A stretch of DNA of 60,912 nt from a virus. Its lineage: Duplodnaviria; Caudoviricetes. The notes under the pieces were generated by a model. It was not told the DNA's origin. It ran no database searches and saw only the letters and a program-made list of their open reading frames with translations. Position 1 is the stretch's first letter; each line of letters opens with the position of its first letter. Shown here piece after piece: positions 30,921-40,019 of this stretch. The stretch is from positions 1-60,912 of the IMG/VR virus record IMGVR_UViG_3300003691_000005; one strand, given 5' to 3'. The position numbers and the translations under genes were made by a program.

Positions 30921-33883
30921 TGGCCATTGAAGAAGTCGAAGACTGGGCACCGGTCACTAAGGACAATGTAGCCAACCATCCGACAGGGCCCCAGGGTAAT
31001 CAAGCTAGCCGTATATCTACGAGCTTTCGAGAGATCCAGGCCGCGATCGCTCGCTGGTCAGTCACGCTTATAACCACGATTGGTGGTCAGACTATTGCTG
31101 GCGCTTTAAATATCGATGGTACGCTCACCGCTAACGATGTTCAGGCACCTAATGCGACGAATATAGTGGCCAGGAACGCAACACTTAACCAGATTGCTAT
31201 TACTCAGGGCGAGTCAACTCAATCTGGTTTTAGTGCTGCTATTTACAGTGGCAATAACGAGGCAGCCCAGAGTATTAACCATGGTCTGGATATGGCTACT
31301 GGCGACAACGGTGGTTTGATATGGACTAAGAAGCGATCTGGTGGCACAGCGAGAGCGCATATTCTGACTGATTCAGTCAGAGGTGATGATCTCTACTTAA
31401 CTAGTCAGGATACTGATGCAGAATCTTTTACAGCAGGTGCGTACGTTAGCAACTTTTCAGCAACCGGCTTCGACGTAGGAACAAGCCTCAATGTGAACGA
31501 AGATAGCGATCTGAATGTCGCATGGTCATGGCAGACAACTAAGAAGTTTGAGCCTACTTTGGGTTCTGAGCTTTTAACCAACGGCGACTTTTCTGCTAAT
31601 GTCACTGGTTGGACTAACGCTACAGGTCTTATTACTTGGGTGTCTGGTAAAGCTAGGGTAGATAGAAATGGTGGTTCGACAAGGGGTGCAGACTACGATG
31701 GTGATTTAGGGCTTATTGAAGGTGAAACCTATGTAATATCAAGTGTCACCACTATAGTCTCAGGTACACCTACTGTGGCATACTTTAGAATTGGGCTGGC
31801 GATTGGTGATTTAGACGTACTAGATTACATAAAACTAGGAGACATGAATGTATCATTTGTCGCAGGTGCAACCAACTTCCTCTACATCGGGGTTGGTGGT
31901 GATTCGGCGGGAGTTATAGATTATGATGATATAACAATTAAACAGGTCACCAACGATGCAGTCACCAATCGCGGTCTAGCATACACCTGCCACTACAACC
32001 CAGACCTTGGATTTTCCATTGTGGGCTATACAGGTGATGGACTAGTAGGGCATGAGCTACCTCACCATTTGGGTGTTACACCTGAGTTGAGTATCTACAA
32101 AAATAGAGATGAGGCACAAAACTGGATAGTGAAGTCCGAGCTAATCGATAATGATAAGTACCTTTTGTTAGACACGACAGCGGCGGTAAGTGCGACACAC
32201 GCTGCTACAACGATGTTAATGACAGACACTACGATATCGCTAGGGACAGCCAACAGCACTAACCAATATGCGGACAACCACATATCCTACCACTTCGCCT
32301 CAGTAGCAGGTGTATCCAAGATCGGTACCTATATCGGCACAGACGCTTCTGGAAATTACGTGCCGTTAGATTTTAAACCAGCTTTCGTGATGATTAAAGG
32401 TTTATCCGTTATATCTAGCTGGCGTATTGTGGACAGTGCGCGAGGTGCTTTTGTAATTAACCCAAATGTGACTGACGCAGAAAGCGCAACAGCTCAAATC
32501 GTGTTTGACGATACAGGGTTCCATGTTAACGGTACATCTGATAATCAAAATGGTATCAATGAAGAATACCTCTTCATGGCATTCGCTGAGACTAGTACGG
32601 GTGGTTCAGGCTCAAACACTTATTCTTACAGTGATTACCCTTACCCAACTGATGCTGACACCTTAACGATCGAGCAGAACACGCTAATAGCTTTTGCTCA
32701 GGGTTTCGACTCTACTGGGCAGCTTGACGCTAGAGAAAATGTTGGCGCGGGTATCACTTACGACTTGGGTGCTGGGCATGAGAACAAGCACTACTATATT
32801 TATAAAGACCTAGCTGGGTCATACGGTGTCACTGAAAACCGACCGTTAACTGGTATCACTCGAAACGATGCTGACAAGTGGGGTGTTATTGCACCGCTGG
32901 ATGCTTCACTACGAACTACCGCTCGACACTTTGACTATGAGAGTCCAACTGGTGTGGCTAGTGCTAGTGGTCAGTATACCACTTGGGCTGCACACCATGC
33001 TTTTGATAAAGATGCTAATGATATTCCAGCCAATAACGGTTGGCGTATAGATGTAACAAGTGCGTCATGGTTGCAGTACAAGGGAACTGAGAAACGTATC
33101 CTAAAGTCTTGGAGACTGAGAGAAGGTTCTGACCAGACTGAAACCCCAGATAACTTTGATATTGAAGGGTCTAACGATGGTCTTAACTGGACTGTCATTG
33201 ATTCAGCTTATAACACAACTAACTTTGATACGGTCACTAACGGGGCAGCCTTATGGAGTCCGTTGCAAAGTACGTCAGGTAACGCTACTGCTTATTTATA
33301 TCATCGTATTAATATCTCAGATAACAATGGGGATGCAACATACACAAGGATAATGCAGCTTGAGTTCAACACAATCCTACCATCAGATTACTACTTAATC
33401 AGTAAAGGCGTGATGTACTCAGGTGCGACTGACCTAGCCATCAACCGTACTTACCTCGCTGAGTTCAGGACTGACTCGGACGGTGATGTAATAAACTCGA
33501 CTATCGTTAACGTCCCAGTAGCTAAACAACGGTTCAGTTCGGTTGATGTGCATGAAGATCTTGAGGTGTTTGGTGATATTAAAAACCAACAGGTCGCTAC
33601 GGCTTGGGTTCGGTTTAACGGGGCAGTGTCGCCACCATTAATAGAGGCTAGCTATAATGTGTCTGATATCGTATACACTAATTTAGGCAGGTATGAGGTA
33701 GTGTTCGCTGAACCAATGGACAACAACGTTTACGTGGTGCTAGCAACTACTGCTACCTCTCTATATAACGCTACTGCTGGTGGTGCAGGTACAACACTAA
33801 GAACGCCCGTCACTATCAGGAATGATGCTGCTACCTATGTCGATTCAAAGATGCATATCGCAATATTTGGAGGGAAAGATTAA
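30920..33883 (+). CDS. Second tail fibre / receptor-binding protein with carbohydrate-binding and discoidin-like domains
   Basis: GFSIVGYTGDG/HHLGVTPEL repeats typical of aquatic-phage fibres; LLTNGDFS CBM-like; PDNFDIEGSNDGLNWTVI discoidin-like; C-terminal ATAWVRFNG...SYNVS. Confidence 0.75.
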   Translation: MAIEEVEDWAPVTKDNVANHPTGPQGNQASRISTSFREIQAAIARWSVTLITTIGGQTIAGALNIDGTLTANDVQAPNATNIVARNATLNQIAITQGESTQSGFSAAIYSGNNEAAQSINHGLDMATGDNGGLIWTKKRSGGTARAHILTDSVRGDDLYLTSQDTDAESFTAGAYVSNFSATGFDVGTSLNVNEDSDLNVAWSWQTTKKFEPTLGSELLTNGDFSANVTGWTNATGLITWVSGKARVDRNGGSTRGADYDGDLGLIEGETYVISSVTTIVSGTPTVAYFRIGLAIGDLDVLDYIKLGDMNVSFVAGATNFLYIGVGGDSAGVIDYDDITIKQVTNDAVTNRGLAYTCHYNPDLGFSIVGYTGDGLVGHELPHHLGVTPELSIYKNRDEAQNWIVKSELIDNDKYLLLDTTAAVSATHAATTMLMTDTTISLGTANSTNQYADNHISYHFASVAGVSKIGTYIGTDASGNYVPLDFKPAFVMIKGLSVISSWRIVDSARGAFVINPNVTDAESATAQIVFDDTGFHVNGTSDNQNGINEEYLFMAFAETSTGGSGSNTYSYSDYPYPTDADTLTIEQNTLIAFAQGFDSTGQLDARENVGAGITYDLGAGHENKHYYIYKDLAGSYGVTENRPLTGITRNDADKWGVIAPLDASLRTTARHFDYESPTGVASASGQYTTWAAHHAFDKDANDIPANNGWRIDVTSASWLQYKGTEKRILKSWRLREGSDQTETPDNFDIEGSNDGLNWTVIDSAYNTTNFDTVTNGAALWSPLQSTSGNATAYLYHRINISDNNGDATYTRIMQLEFNTILPSDYYLISKGVMYSGATDLAINRTYLAEFRTDSDGDVINSTIVNVPVAKQRFSSVDVHEDLEVFGDIKNQQVATAWVRFNGAVSPPLIEASYNVSDIVYTNLGRYEVVFAEPMDNNVYVVLATTATSLYNATAGGAGTTLRTPVTIRNDAATYVDSKMHIAIFGGKD

Positions 33884-34323
33884 TGTTTGCTTACGAACAA
33901 GATGATTTGACAGTAGCCGTTTGTTCTAAGCTGACAAGTATTCCCGACGGTGCAGCTTGGATTGAAGTTAATACTGTACCTGACCGGAAGCATAGATCCG
34001 CTTGGCGTATTACTGGTGACTCAGTAACCGCCGACGCATCTCTAGCGTTAGAAATTAATCGATTAGAGCGTGTAGAATTACTTAAAACCTTAGCTATCGA
34101 GAAGATAGTGGCATTTGTTCCAGCCATCAACACGATTGCTATGATCGATTTAATGACTGAGCTTTGGGCTATGCTGGATCAAGGCGCTGCAGGAGCCGAT
34201 ATAATCGCGGTAAAGAATATTTATGTTTATGCTAAAGGGAAGATTAGCGAGGCAAAGAACTCGACCCAGGCCGAGCTCGATGCTTATGATCCTTCAACAG
34301 ATAACCAATGGCCGTCAAGCTAA
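33883..34323 (+). CDS. Putative tail fibre assembly chaperone
   Basis: Follows the fibre gene; VPDRKHRSAWR motif and C-terminal WP. Confidence 0.6.
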   Translation: MFAYEQDDLTVAVCSKLTSIPDGAAWIEVNTVPDRKHRSAWRITGDSVTADASLALEINRLERVELLKTLAIEKIVAFVPAINTIAMIDLMTELWAMLDQGAAGADIIAVKNIYVYAKGKISEAKNSTQAELDAYDPSTDNQWPSS

Positions 34324-34620
34324 TAGCTTACGCTGTAACCCTTCGTTTAGTGCCGTCAAATCTTTAACTCGATCATTTAACGCGTCGATCTCTGCTTTAC
34401 TAGCAGTCGGATATGTAGATGACTCGCTTTCCAGTCGGTTATTCTCATTAGTCAAAGCGTCGTTCTGAACTCCCAGGGAGTTGATTGAGCTCTTAAACCC
34501 AGCTTTCTCGTTAACGTGAGTTTCTATCGTGTTTTGCAGCTGGATAACTAGGTCCACTAATTGCGATGGGCTTAGCTCAGAGATCTGGGCTCGCATATTT
34601 GTTTCTTGTAAGGGTGTCAT
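34315..34620 (-). CDS. Hypothetical coiled-coil protein
   Basis: 101 aa with RBS AGGA; last gene of the leftward operon. Confidence 0.6.
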   Translation of the reverse strand: MTPLQETNMRAQISELSPSQLVDLVIQLQNTIETHVNEKAGFKSSINSLGVQNDALTNENNRLESESSTYPTASKAEIDALNDRVKDLTALNEGLQRKLLA

Positions 34621-34630
34621 AGGTTTTCCT

Positions 34631-34735
34631 TTAATTAAGACAATACATTAATGAGTAATAGCCGGCAGCAATGCCACCGACGAATATCACCCAACCAGGC
34701 GGTTCATTCATTAACGCTGACCAGATGGTTTTCAT
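34631..34735 (-). CDS. Small membrane peptide (34 aa, not in ORF track)
   Basis: MKTIWSALMNEPPGWVIFVGGIAAGYYSLMYCLN; ATGA overlap with the exonuclease stop. Confidence 0.45.
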   Translation of the reverse strand: MKTIWSALMNEPPGWVIFVGGIAAGYYSLMYCLN

Positions 34736-36378
34736 GGCGCGTTAGAGAGGCATTTAGCTAATGCATCAGCAGGATATTTTTGAAATTCACCCCGATAAAT
34801 TTCTATGCCGTCGATCTCTATTATTGGCAAAAACCCATAAGCAGGAACAACCCTAATAATGTAATCAATAGCCTGATTTTCTTTTACGGTAGGTTTTTCA
34901 CCGCCTTCATAATCGCGCACCCATTCCTCGTTGGCTTGGTCTTGAGGACGTTTAATTGGCTCTTTTTTATCTTGATTAATAGGGTTGACTTCTTCTGGAG
35001 TAAATGCCGCTTCCTCCTCCAACCGATCGGCTTCTTTAGCGTCAGCAATTCGTTTAGCCTGTTCAGCCTTAGTTTTTTCCTCGGCGTCATATTCATTGAT
35101 CCGATTCTTAATGATAGCGATTAAGGCCTCATTATCTTTCATCACCAAATCATTAGTGTCCTTGAATAGGAATTTGTGATCACCACCATATTCCCGCAGC
35201 GACTCCAGGTTCTTAACAATCTTGTCCTTTACAGTAGTAACCTCAATTTTGCACCGCGCAAGCTCTTGATCGACACCAGCCTGCAGTGAGGCGCTGGTGC
35301 GCTTACCCTTCATGGATCCAGCCCAGTCAGGCTCAATAGGAGCAACAATCATGATACGGATTGGTTCAATAGCTTTATTTGCTGAAGATATATGCTTATT
35401 TAATTTGTCGACAGCATCAGATTGAACGGCGTTTTTCTTGGCGTCCTCGCCTTCTTTAACCTGTTTTTCACCATGAGATTGCATTTTTTGTAACACGCCA
35501 TCTAGCTCGGTGACCATTTTTGCGAATTCATCTTGTGTGGTGAAATTAGAACGAACCTTTTCAGCCATCGATTTAAGGTCTGCCCTAGCCTGTTTAGTGG
35601 CTTTATTGAATTCCTTTTTATCAGCGAAGTCCTGGTCCGACTCAAGAACGGTACTCATCTCAAGTTTCGCCCTATCCTTAATACCAGCAAGCACCTCTGA
35701 GATATTGGAGGATATTTCTGTGCCTGTAATTTCATAGTTTATAAGCTGAAACCCTTCGAATTGAGAAGCCACGACAACCTCTTTACGAGCCTCGATCACA
35801 TAGGTCTCAAGATCCTCATCAAACTGATCCCAGCCAGCTATTAAATCGATCCGACGTTGTGGCACCGACTCATATATAAACTCGACCTTTTTATCTTCAG
35901 TACCATCTGAAACGGTGAATTGCACTGTTTCAACATCAGCAACCAGCATCTGATGCTCTAACTGCCAGTAATGCTGACCAGTTAAGGTGGCATTTCTAAC
36001 GTTTTCGACAAGAATCTCGTTCCAGATCTTGTGTTCCCATAGTAGCCAGGGTGTTACGTCCATGCAGAGGCCGTCAAACGACGCTAAGAGCAGCATGCCG
36101 TCAACCACGCGGCTACCTACAATTGGCGGTAAGTCCTCACAGTGGTCCATTTCTACTAGATCACGGGCACTGTCCTCGCCGTCATGACCACTCTGGAATA
36201 GCATTTCCATAAAAGGACCGTTAGGGTTACTTTCCCAGCCTTTTTTCAATGCCAGTAATTGGTTCCTGGTCATGAATTTAGAATCGCCCATCATTGCAGG
36301 GGCTTCACTGGCTGTATATTGGCTTAATCGAGCTTCTAACCACTCATCAGAGCCTTGATCTAAGTCTAAAACGTCCAT
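34732..36378 (-). CDS. YqaJ-family (lambda Exo-like) exonuclease with long coiled-coil extension
   Basis: QGSDEWLEAR...TASEA, ASFDGL, WEHK, YWQLEHQMLV. Confidence 0.9.
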   Translation of the reverse strand: MDVLDLDQGSDEWLEARLSQYTASEAPAMMGDSKFMTRNQLLALKKGWESNPNGPFMEMLFQSGHDGEDSARDLVEMDHCEDLPPIVGSRVVDGMLLLASFDGLCMDVTPWLLWEHKIWNEILVENVRNATLTGQHYWQLEHQMLVADVETVQFTVSDGTEDKKVEFIYESVPQRRIDLIAGWDQFDEDLETYVIEARKEVVVASQFEGFQLINYEITGTEISSNISEVLAGIKDRAKLEMSTVLESDQDFADKKEFNKATKQARADLKSMAEKVRSNFTTQDEFAKMVTELDGVLQKMQSHGEKQVKEGEDAKKNAVQSDAVDKLNKHISSANKAIEPIRIMIVAPIEPDWAGSMKGKRTSASLQAGVDQELARCKIEVTTVKDKIVKNLESLREYGGDHKFLFKDTNDLVMKDNEALIAIIKNRINEYDAEEKTKAEQAKRIADAKEADRLEEEAAFTPEEVNPINQDKKEPIKRPQDQANEEWVRDYEGGEKPTVKENQAIDYIIRVVPAYGFLPIIEIDGIEIYRGEFQKYPADALAKCLSNAP

Positions 36379-37163
36379 TATTTATCTCCCTCTGGCGCAT
36401 CTACTTCAACAGCTTGCAGCAGCTCTTTCTGTTTATCGGTTAACTTTCTTTTTTTGTCCAAGAAAGCGATCATTTCATCATTGGTTTTTTTACCGGATTT
36501 GATCTTTCCTTCGCAAGTGGGGAAGGCCTTGTTAAATTGCTCATCAGAACAGAATTCATCAACGCCGATCTGTGCTACTTCACTATTAACAGGCCGATGG
36601 ATCTCACCAGTATTAGTATCAACAGGGTAGTCCTGAGCTTCTTCAGCAGAGATAAGGCCAAGCAAGGCATCAGCGAACTGGTTACGAAGCGCAAAGCCTC
36701 TGGCACGCATGGACAGCATTCGCTTAGGGTGCTGGACCCAGGGCCCTTGTTTGCCCCATAGATTAGCTTTTACTGCATCAGCCTGTGCGTAGGTCTGGGT
36801 GTGCGGTGATCCGCCTTTACGAGTGACTGTACACGTAGCGGTCATCGTCTTTTCATCAAAGCTCTCGTCGATCGACTTAAATGATGGGTGAGCCTGGACG
36901 AGCGCAAGCATTGCATCACCATAGATCGATGGACGACCATTGATTACAGCTATATTTTGGATGGCTTGCATTGGGTTTAACCCAAGCTCAGTACCCATCA
37001 TCATTGCAACCAGGGTATCTTCAGGCCTACCAGAAAAAGATTTAGGCGCTAAAGTAGATCGAGAGATCATAGACGCTAATTCCATTGCTTCAGATAGATT
37101 AGCCGGCTTTAAGTCAAATCCAGTAGACGGTTTTGTACTGGGTATGGTGTTTAGTTCATTCAT
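36378..37163 (-). CDS. recT: RecT-family single-strand annealing recombinase
   Basis: ELGLNPMQAIQNIAVINGRPSIYGD, PWVQHPKRML..RARGFALR; adjacent to the exonuclease. Confidence 0.85.
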   Translation of the reverse strand: MNELNTIPSTKPSTGFDLKPANLSEAMELASMISRSTLAPKSFSGRPEDTLVAMMMGTELGLNPMQAIQNIAVINGRPSIYGDAMLALVQAHPSFKSIDESFDEKTMTATCTVTRKGGSPHTQTYAQADAVKANLWGKQGPWVQHPKRMLSMRARGFALRNQFADALLGLISAEEAQDYPVDTNTGEIHRPVNSEVAQIGVDEFCSDEQFNKAFPTCEGKIKSGKKTNDEMIAFLDKKRKLTDKQKELLQAVEVDAPEGDK

Positions 37164-37171
37164 GTTATTCC

Positions 37172-37381
37172 CTATTTAGTTAGATCGAAAAGGCGCAGAA
37201 AACTCAGCTTAAAACCCTTATGCTTATACATCGCAAGCACGTACTTAGCTTTAAAATCGGGCCTCACCCCGGTCTTTAACTTATGTACCATATCTGGGCT
37301 ACAGCCTAAAATAACCGATGCTGGTGTGTTCCCACCGACAAAGGTAACGAATCTTATTATTTCACGGTTTGGTTTATTCAT
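37172..37381 (-). CDS. Small Cro/repressor-like HTH protein, probably leaderless
   Basis: MNKPNREII...GGNTPASVILGCSPDMVHKLKTGVRP; ATG lies about 7 nt below a TATAAT. Confidence 0.6.
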   Translation of the reverse strand: MNKPNREIIRFVTFVGGNTPASVILGCSPDMVHKLKTGVRPDFKAKYVLAMYKHKGFKLSFLRLFDLTK

Positions 37382-37388
37382 TCGCGGG

Positions 37389-37417
37389 ATTATATACACT
37401 ATGTCTAGCAAGCGCAA
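37389..37417 (-). promoter_or_regulatory. Leftward sigma70 promoter
   Basis: TTGCGC-17nt-TATAAT on the minus strand. Confidence 0.7.
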
Positions 37418-37434
37418 AGGAATTAGAGTACAAT
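37406..37434 (+). promoter_or_regulatory. Rightward sigma70-like promoter overlapping the leftward one
   Basis: TAGCAA-17nt-TACAAT. Confidence 0.45.
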
Positions 37435-37610
37435 TTGTCTTGGAAAATTAGCAGTATTTCGTTGGTTACTGAGGATTAAATAATGCCAAATGATGAGATA
37501 GTGGAAAAAGTGTGATACGGGCTATCAAACATTAAGTCGCACCCCAGTACAAGAAGGGGTAGCTTTACAGGAAGTTGATTATTACTGTGATTTACAGATT
37601 TTAGAATAAG

Positions 37611-37634
37611 AAAAGGCCCCACGAATGAGGCCTT
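37611..37634 (-). terminator. Minus-strand terminator hairpin
   Basis: AAAAGGCCCCACGAATGAGGCCTT on +; hairpin plus U-run on -. Confidence 0.5.
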
Positions 37635-37717
37635 ATTTGCTAACGGGCTAGAACCCTATGTCCCAGAGATACTAGCACTGGGCAATTTTTCAAGCGTTGA
37701 CGGTAAGTATTCACAAT

Positions 37718-37760
37718 CTGGCACCATTGTCAACAGGTAACTGGCACCATTAACTACAGG
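37718..37760. repeat. Two direct repeats, 23-bp period
   Basis: CTGGCACCATTgtcaACAGG and CTGGCACCATTaactACAGG. Confidence 0.65.
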
Positions 37761-37931
37761 AAGCGTTAAAATAAGCATTAAAAATAGGTTAAACCGATTC
37801 ATCAAAGAGCAAAAAAAGAAGGCCATGAAAAGCTATTTTCTTCGAGTTGGCCATATCAATGTACAACCCAGAACACAAAAACCCGGCAGGCGTAGAGCTT
37901 GTGATTTCACTTTAAGACGAGGATAGGCAGT

Positions 37932-38408
37932 ATGAAAGGCGTAAATAAAGCAATTATCGTAGGCACCCTTGGCCAGGATCCAGATGTTAAGTATCTGACC
38001 AATGGTGATCCGGTCGTCAATATCAGTGTGGCGACCAATGAGAGCTGGAAAGATAAAGCTACTGGTGAACCAGTCGAAAAAACTGAATGGCACCGAATTG
38101 TCGTGTTCGGCAAACTGGCTCAGATTTGTGCTGATTACCTAAAGAAAGGGTCCCAGGTGTATTTTGAAGGATCCCTTCAAACAAGGAAGTGGCAAGACCA
38201 GTCAGGTGCCGATCGGTACAGCACCGAAATCAAGGCTAATGAAATGCAAATGTTAGGTGGAAAAAATGATGGTGGAGGGGACAGACCTTCAAGCAGTGCC
38301 CCTTCTCAGCCGGTACAATCGCAAAGGCCAATGGCATCGCACCAGTCTCAAGCAGCACCGGCACAACAAGCGCCAGTAGACGATGGATTCGATGATATCC
38401 CATTTTAA
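37932..38408 (+). CDS. ssb: Single-stranded DNA-binding protein
   Basis: [14 protein letters not shown]...[13 protein letters not shown]...C-terminal DDIPF. Confidence 0.97.
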   Translation: MKGVNKAIIVGTLGQDPDVKYLTNGDPVVNISVATNESWKDKATGEPVEKTEWHRIVVFGKLAQICADYLKKGSQVYFEGSLQTRKWQDQSGADRYSTEIKANEMQMLGGKNDGGGDRPSSSAPSQPVQSQRPMASHQSQAAPAQQAPVDDGFDDIPF

Positions 38409-38437
38409 AAAGCACCTAAGACCATTAGGAGAAACCC

Positions 38438-38704
38438 GTGACAGCAGAACTAGCAGAAAAGTTTAAAAAATATCATAATGAAAACCCGCATATTTACGAC
38501 GCATTCGAGAAATTCTCTTTGATAGCCGCTTCGCGAAGAAAACATTTTGCAGGCATAACAGTTATTAACCGGATCAGATGGGACACAATGATGAGCGGTA
38601 ATGATGACTTCAAGGTTAACAATAATTACGCGGCTTATTACGCAAGATTATTTGAGAAAAATCATCCAAAACATAATGGTTTTTTTCGTAAACGAACTGT
38701 GTGA
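38438..38704 (+). CDS. Conserved phage hypothetical protein (FKVNNNYAAYYARL)
   Basis: RBS AGGAG before GTG; recognisable small phage family. Confidence 0.7.
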   Translation: MTAELAEKFKKYHNENPHIYDAFEKFSLIAASRRKHFAGITVINRIRWDTMMSGNDDFKVNNNYAAYYARLFEKNHPKHNGFFRKRTV

Positions 38705-38707
38705 CCA

Positions 38708-38743
38708 ATAAAAAGCCCTTGACCGAATGGATCGGCAAGGGCT
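38708..38743 (-). terminator. Terminator of a putative antisense RNA, overlapping a plus-strand promoter
   Basis: AGCCCTTG-A-CCGA-ATGGA-TCGG-CAAGGGCT hairpin followed by TTTTT on the minus strand. Confidence 0.7.
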
Positions 38744-38748
38744 AATAT
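38719..38748 (+). promoter_or_regulatory. Sense promoter for the long non-coding region
   Basis: TTGACC-18nt-TAATAT. Confidence 0.55.
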
Positions 38749-38754
38749 CTAGCA

Positions 38755-39220
38755 GTCGGCTTAATCAGAGCCTACAAAATGACACAAAACTGTCGAAGAT
38801 TGTGACTACATTATAGTCCAATCCCGTCCAACTTCAAACCTCATTTTGTAACTCTCTTTATCCGATGATTTAAATACGGTGTGACCTTAACGGTGCGGTG
38901 GCGTGTTTATCTTATCTGGCTACCATGTGGTACGTTACAAAGCCAAATCGAAAAGAGTGGTTAATTTAGTCTTAACTGGTTCATAGGGTAATACCTTGCC
39001 TTGATAGACGACGGTTAACGGGATCGAACCGGGTAACGGCCCTAGCTATAGGGGTAATCGATTCAGAGCGTTAGATAGCGATAGGCGCTCCCTGTGACTC
39101 AATATACGGAATACTCGTAAACTAGTTGCAGGTACTCACTAAAGTTCGATTTATTCGTTCTTTAGGTGAGTATTGCCTGAAATCTAATAGCCATTACCTG
39201 AAAACTAATAAAAACGGGAA
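38755..39220 (+). ncRNA. Putative long structured RNA (candidate replication pre-primer)
   Basis: No ORF of 60 aa or more. Long-range stem TACAAAATGA/TCATTTTGTA, several hairpins, and a long terminal hairpin at 39128-39176. Confidence 0.45.
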
Positions 39221-39376
39221 GACTATATGAAAGATCTGACAGGATTTTATAAATTCTCTAGTAGTGATTATATTAAGAAGCCTAAAAAAAGCGCTAAAGA
39301 TTTATAACAAAATTTTCCCGACAGTTAACAAAAAGTAATAAGGTTCCCAGCAGGAAACAAGCAGACACTATAAAAG

Positions 39377-39405
39377 TTGACGAACCTAAAGACAAAGTGT
39401 ATTGT
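39377..39405 (+). promoter_or_regulatory. Sigma70 promoter
   Basis: TTGACG-17nt-TATTGT. Confidence 0.6.
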
Positions 39406-39430
39406 GCTCTAACTAACTAGAGAGCCTATT

Positions 39431-39823
39431 ATGAAACAAGAAAGTGAACTCGATCAATTGCGTAAAGAGAATTTACAGCTGAAATCTTTACTGGGTCGTA
39501 TCAACTCAGCAACCCAGGTCTTTTTCAAGCCAAAGGAAGTTAAGTCTGATAACTGTCCTTATGAGCAAATAATGATTTCATATCATCGATTACTCCCAAT
39601 GCTGCCAAGAGTAGCAAAGTTGACCACGAAACGAAAAGCGGCCATGCGAAACCGGTGGCAAAACGATCTATCTACGATAAACGACTGGGAATCATACTTT
39701 GAGGACGCTTCAACCAAGCCGTTCTTGAGGGGTGAGAATGGTCGTGCCTGGGTAGCTAATATTGATTTTTTACTCCGCGAGGATTCAATCGCAAAAATGC
39801 AGGAAGGTAAATATGACTCTTGA
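39431..39823 (+). CDS. Protein resembling only the C-terminal domain of lambdoid replication initiators
   Basis: YHRLLPMLPRV..LTTKRK..MRNRW...PFLRGENGRAWVANIDFLLR....K..EGKY; no N-terminal winged-helix domain. Confidence 0.65.
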   Translation: MKQESELDQLRKENLQLKSLLGRINSATQVFFKPKEVKSDNCPYEQIMISYHRLLPMLPRVAKLTTKRKAAMRNRWQNDLSTINDWESYFEDASTKPFLRGENGRAWVANIDFLLREDSIAKMQEGKYDS

Positions 39824-40019
39824 AGAAAAAAATACCGAAATAAATCGCCGGTTAGATAACCTGGAAACAATGATTTTAGGTTTGACTGCTTTTTTACAGG
39901 AAAACCTGAACAGTAATGCGGGTGAATCCGTTGGAAGAATGGGCGAAGACTACGTGGCATATATGACGCCAGAGCAACTAGAATCAGCACCACCGCCATT
40001 TAAAGCACCACCGGCTTAA
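39813..40019 (+). CDS. Hypothetical protein
   Basis: RBS GAAGG; overlaps the previous stop. Confidence 0.5.
   Translation: MTLEEKNTEINRRLDNLETMILGLTAFLQENLNSNAGESVGRMGEDYVAYMTPEQLESAPPPFKAPPA

Larger units (their letters stand above)
38708..38803 (-). ncRNA. Putative ~95-nt antisense RNA
   Basis: Minus-strand TTGAAG-16nt-TATAAT promoter (38810-38837) and a terminator at 38708-38743. Confidence 0.5.

Noticed and set aside
13354-33883. Diversity-generating retroelement acting on the tail fibres
   Set aside because: No reverse transcriptase ORF and no TR/VR repeat pair noticed.
37833-38113. Minus-strand ORFs opposite ssb, and the many other short antisense/alternate-frame ORFs in the track
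   Set aside because: They are shadows of well-supported genes, with no RBS or motif support.
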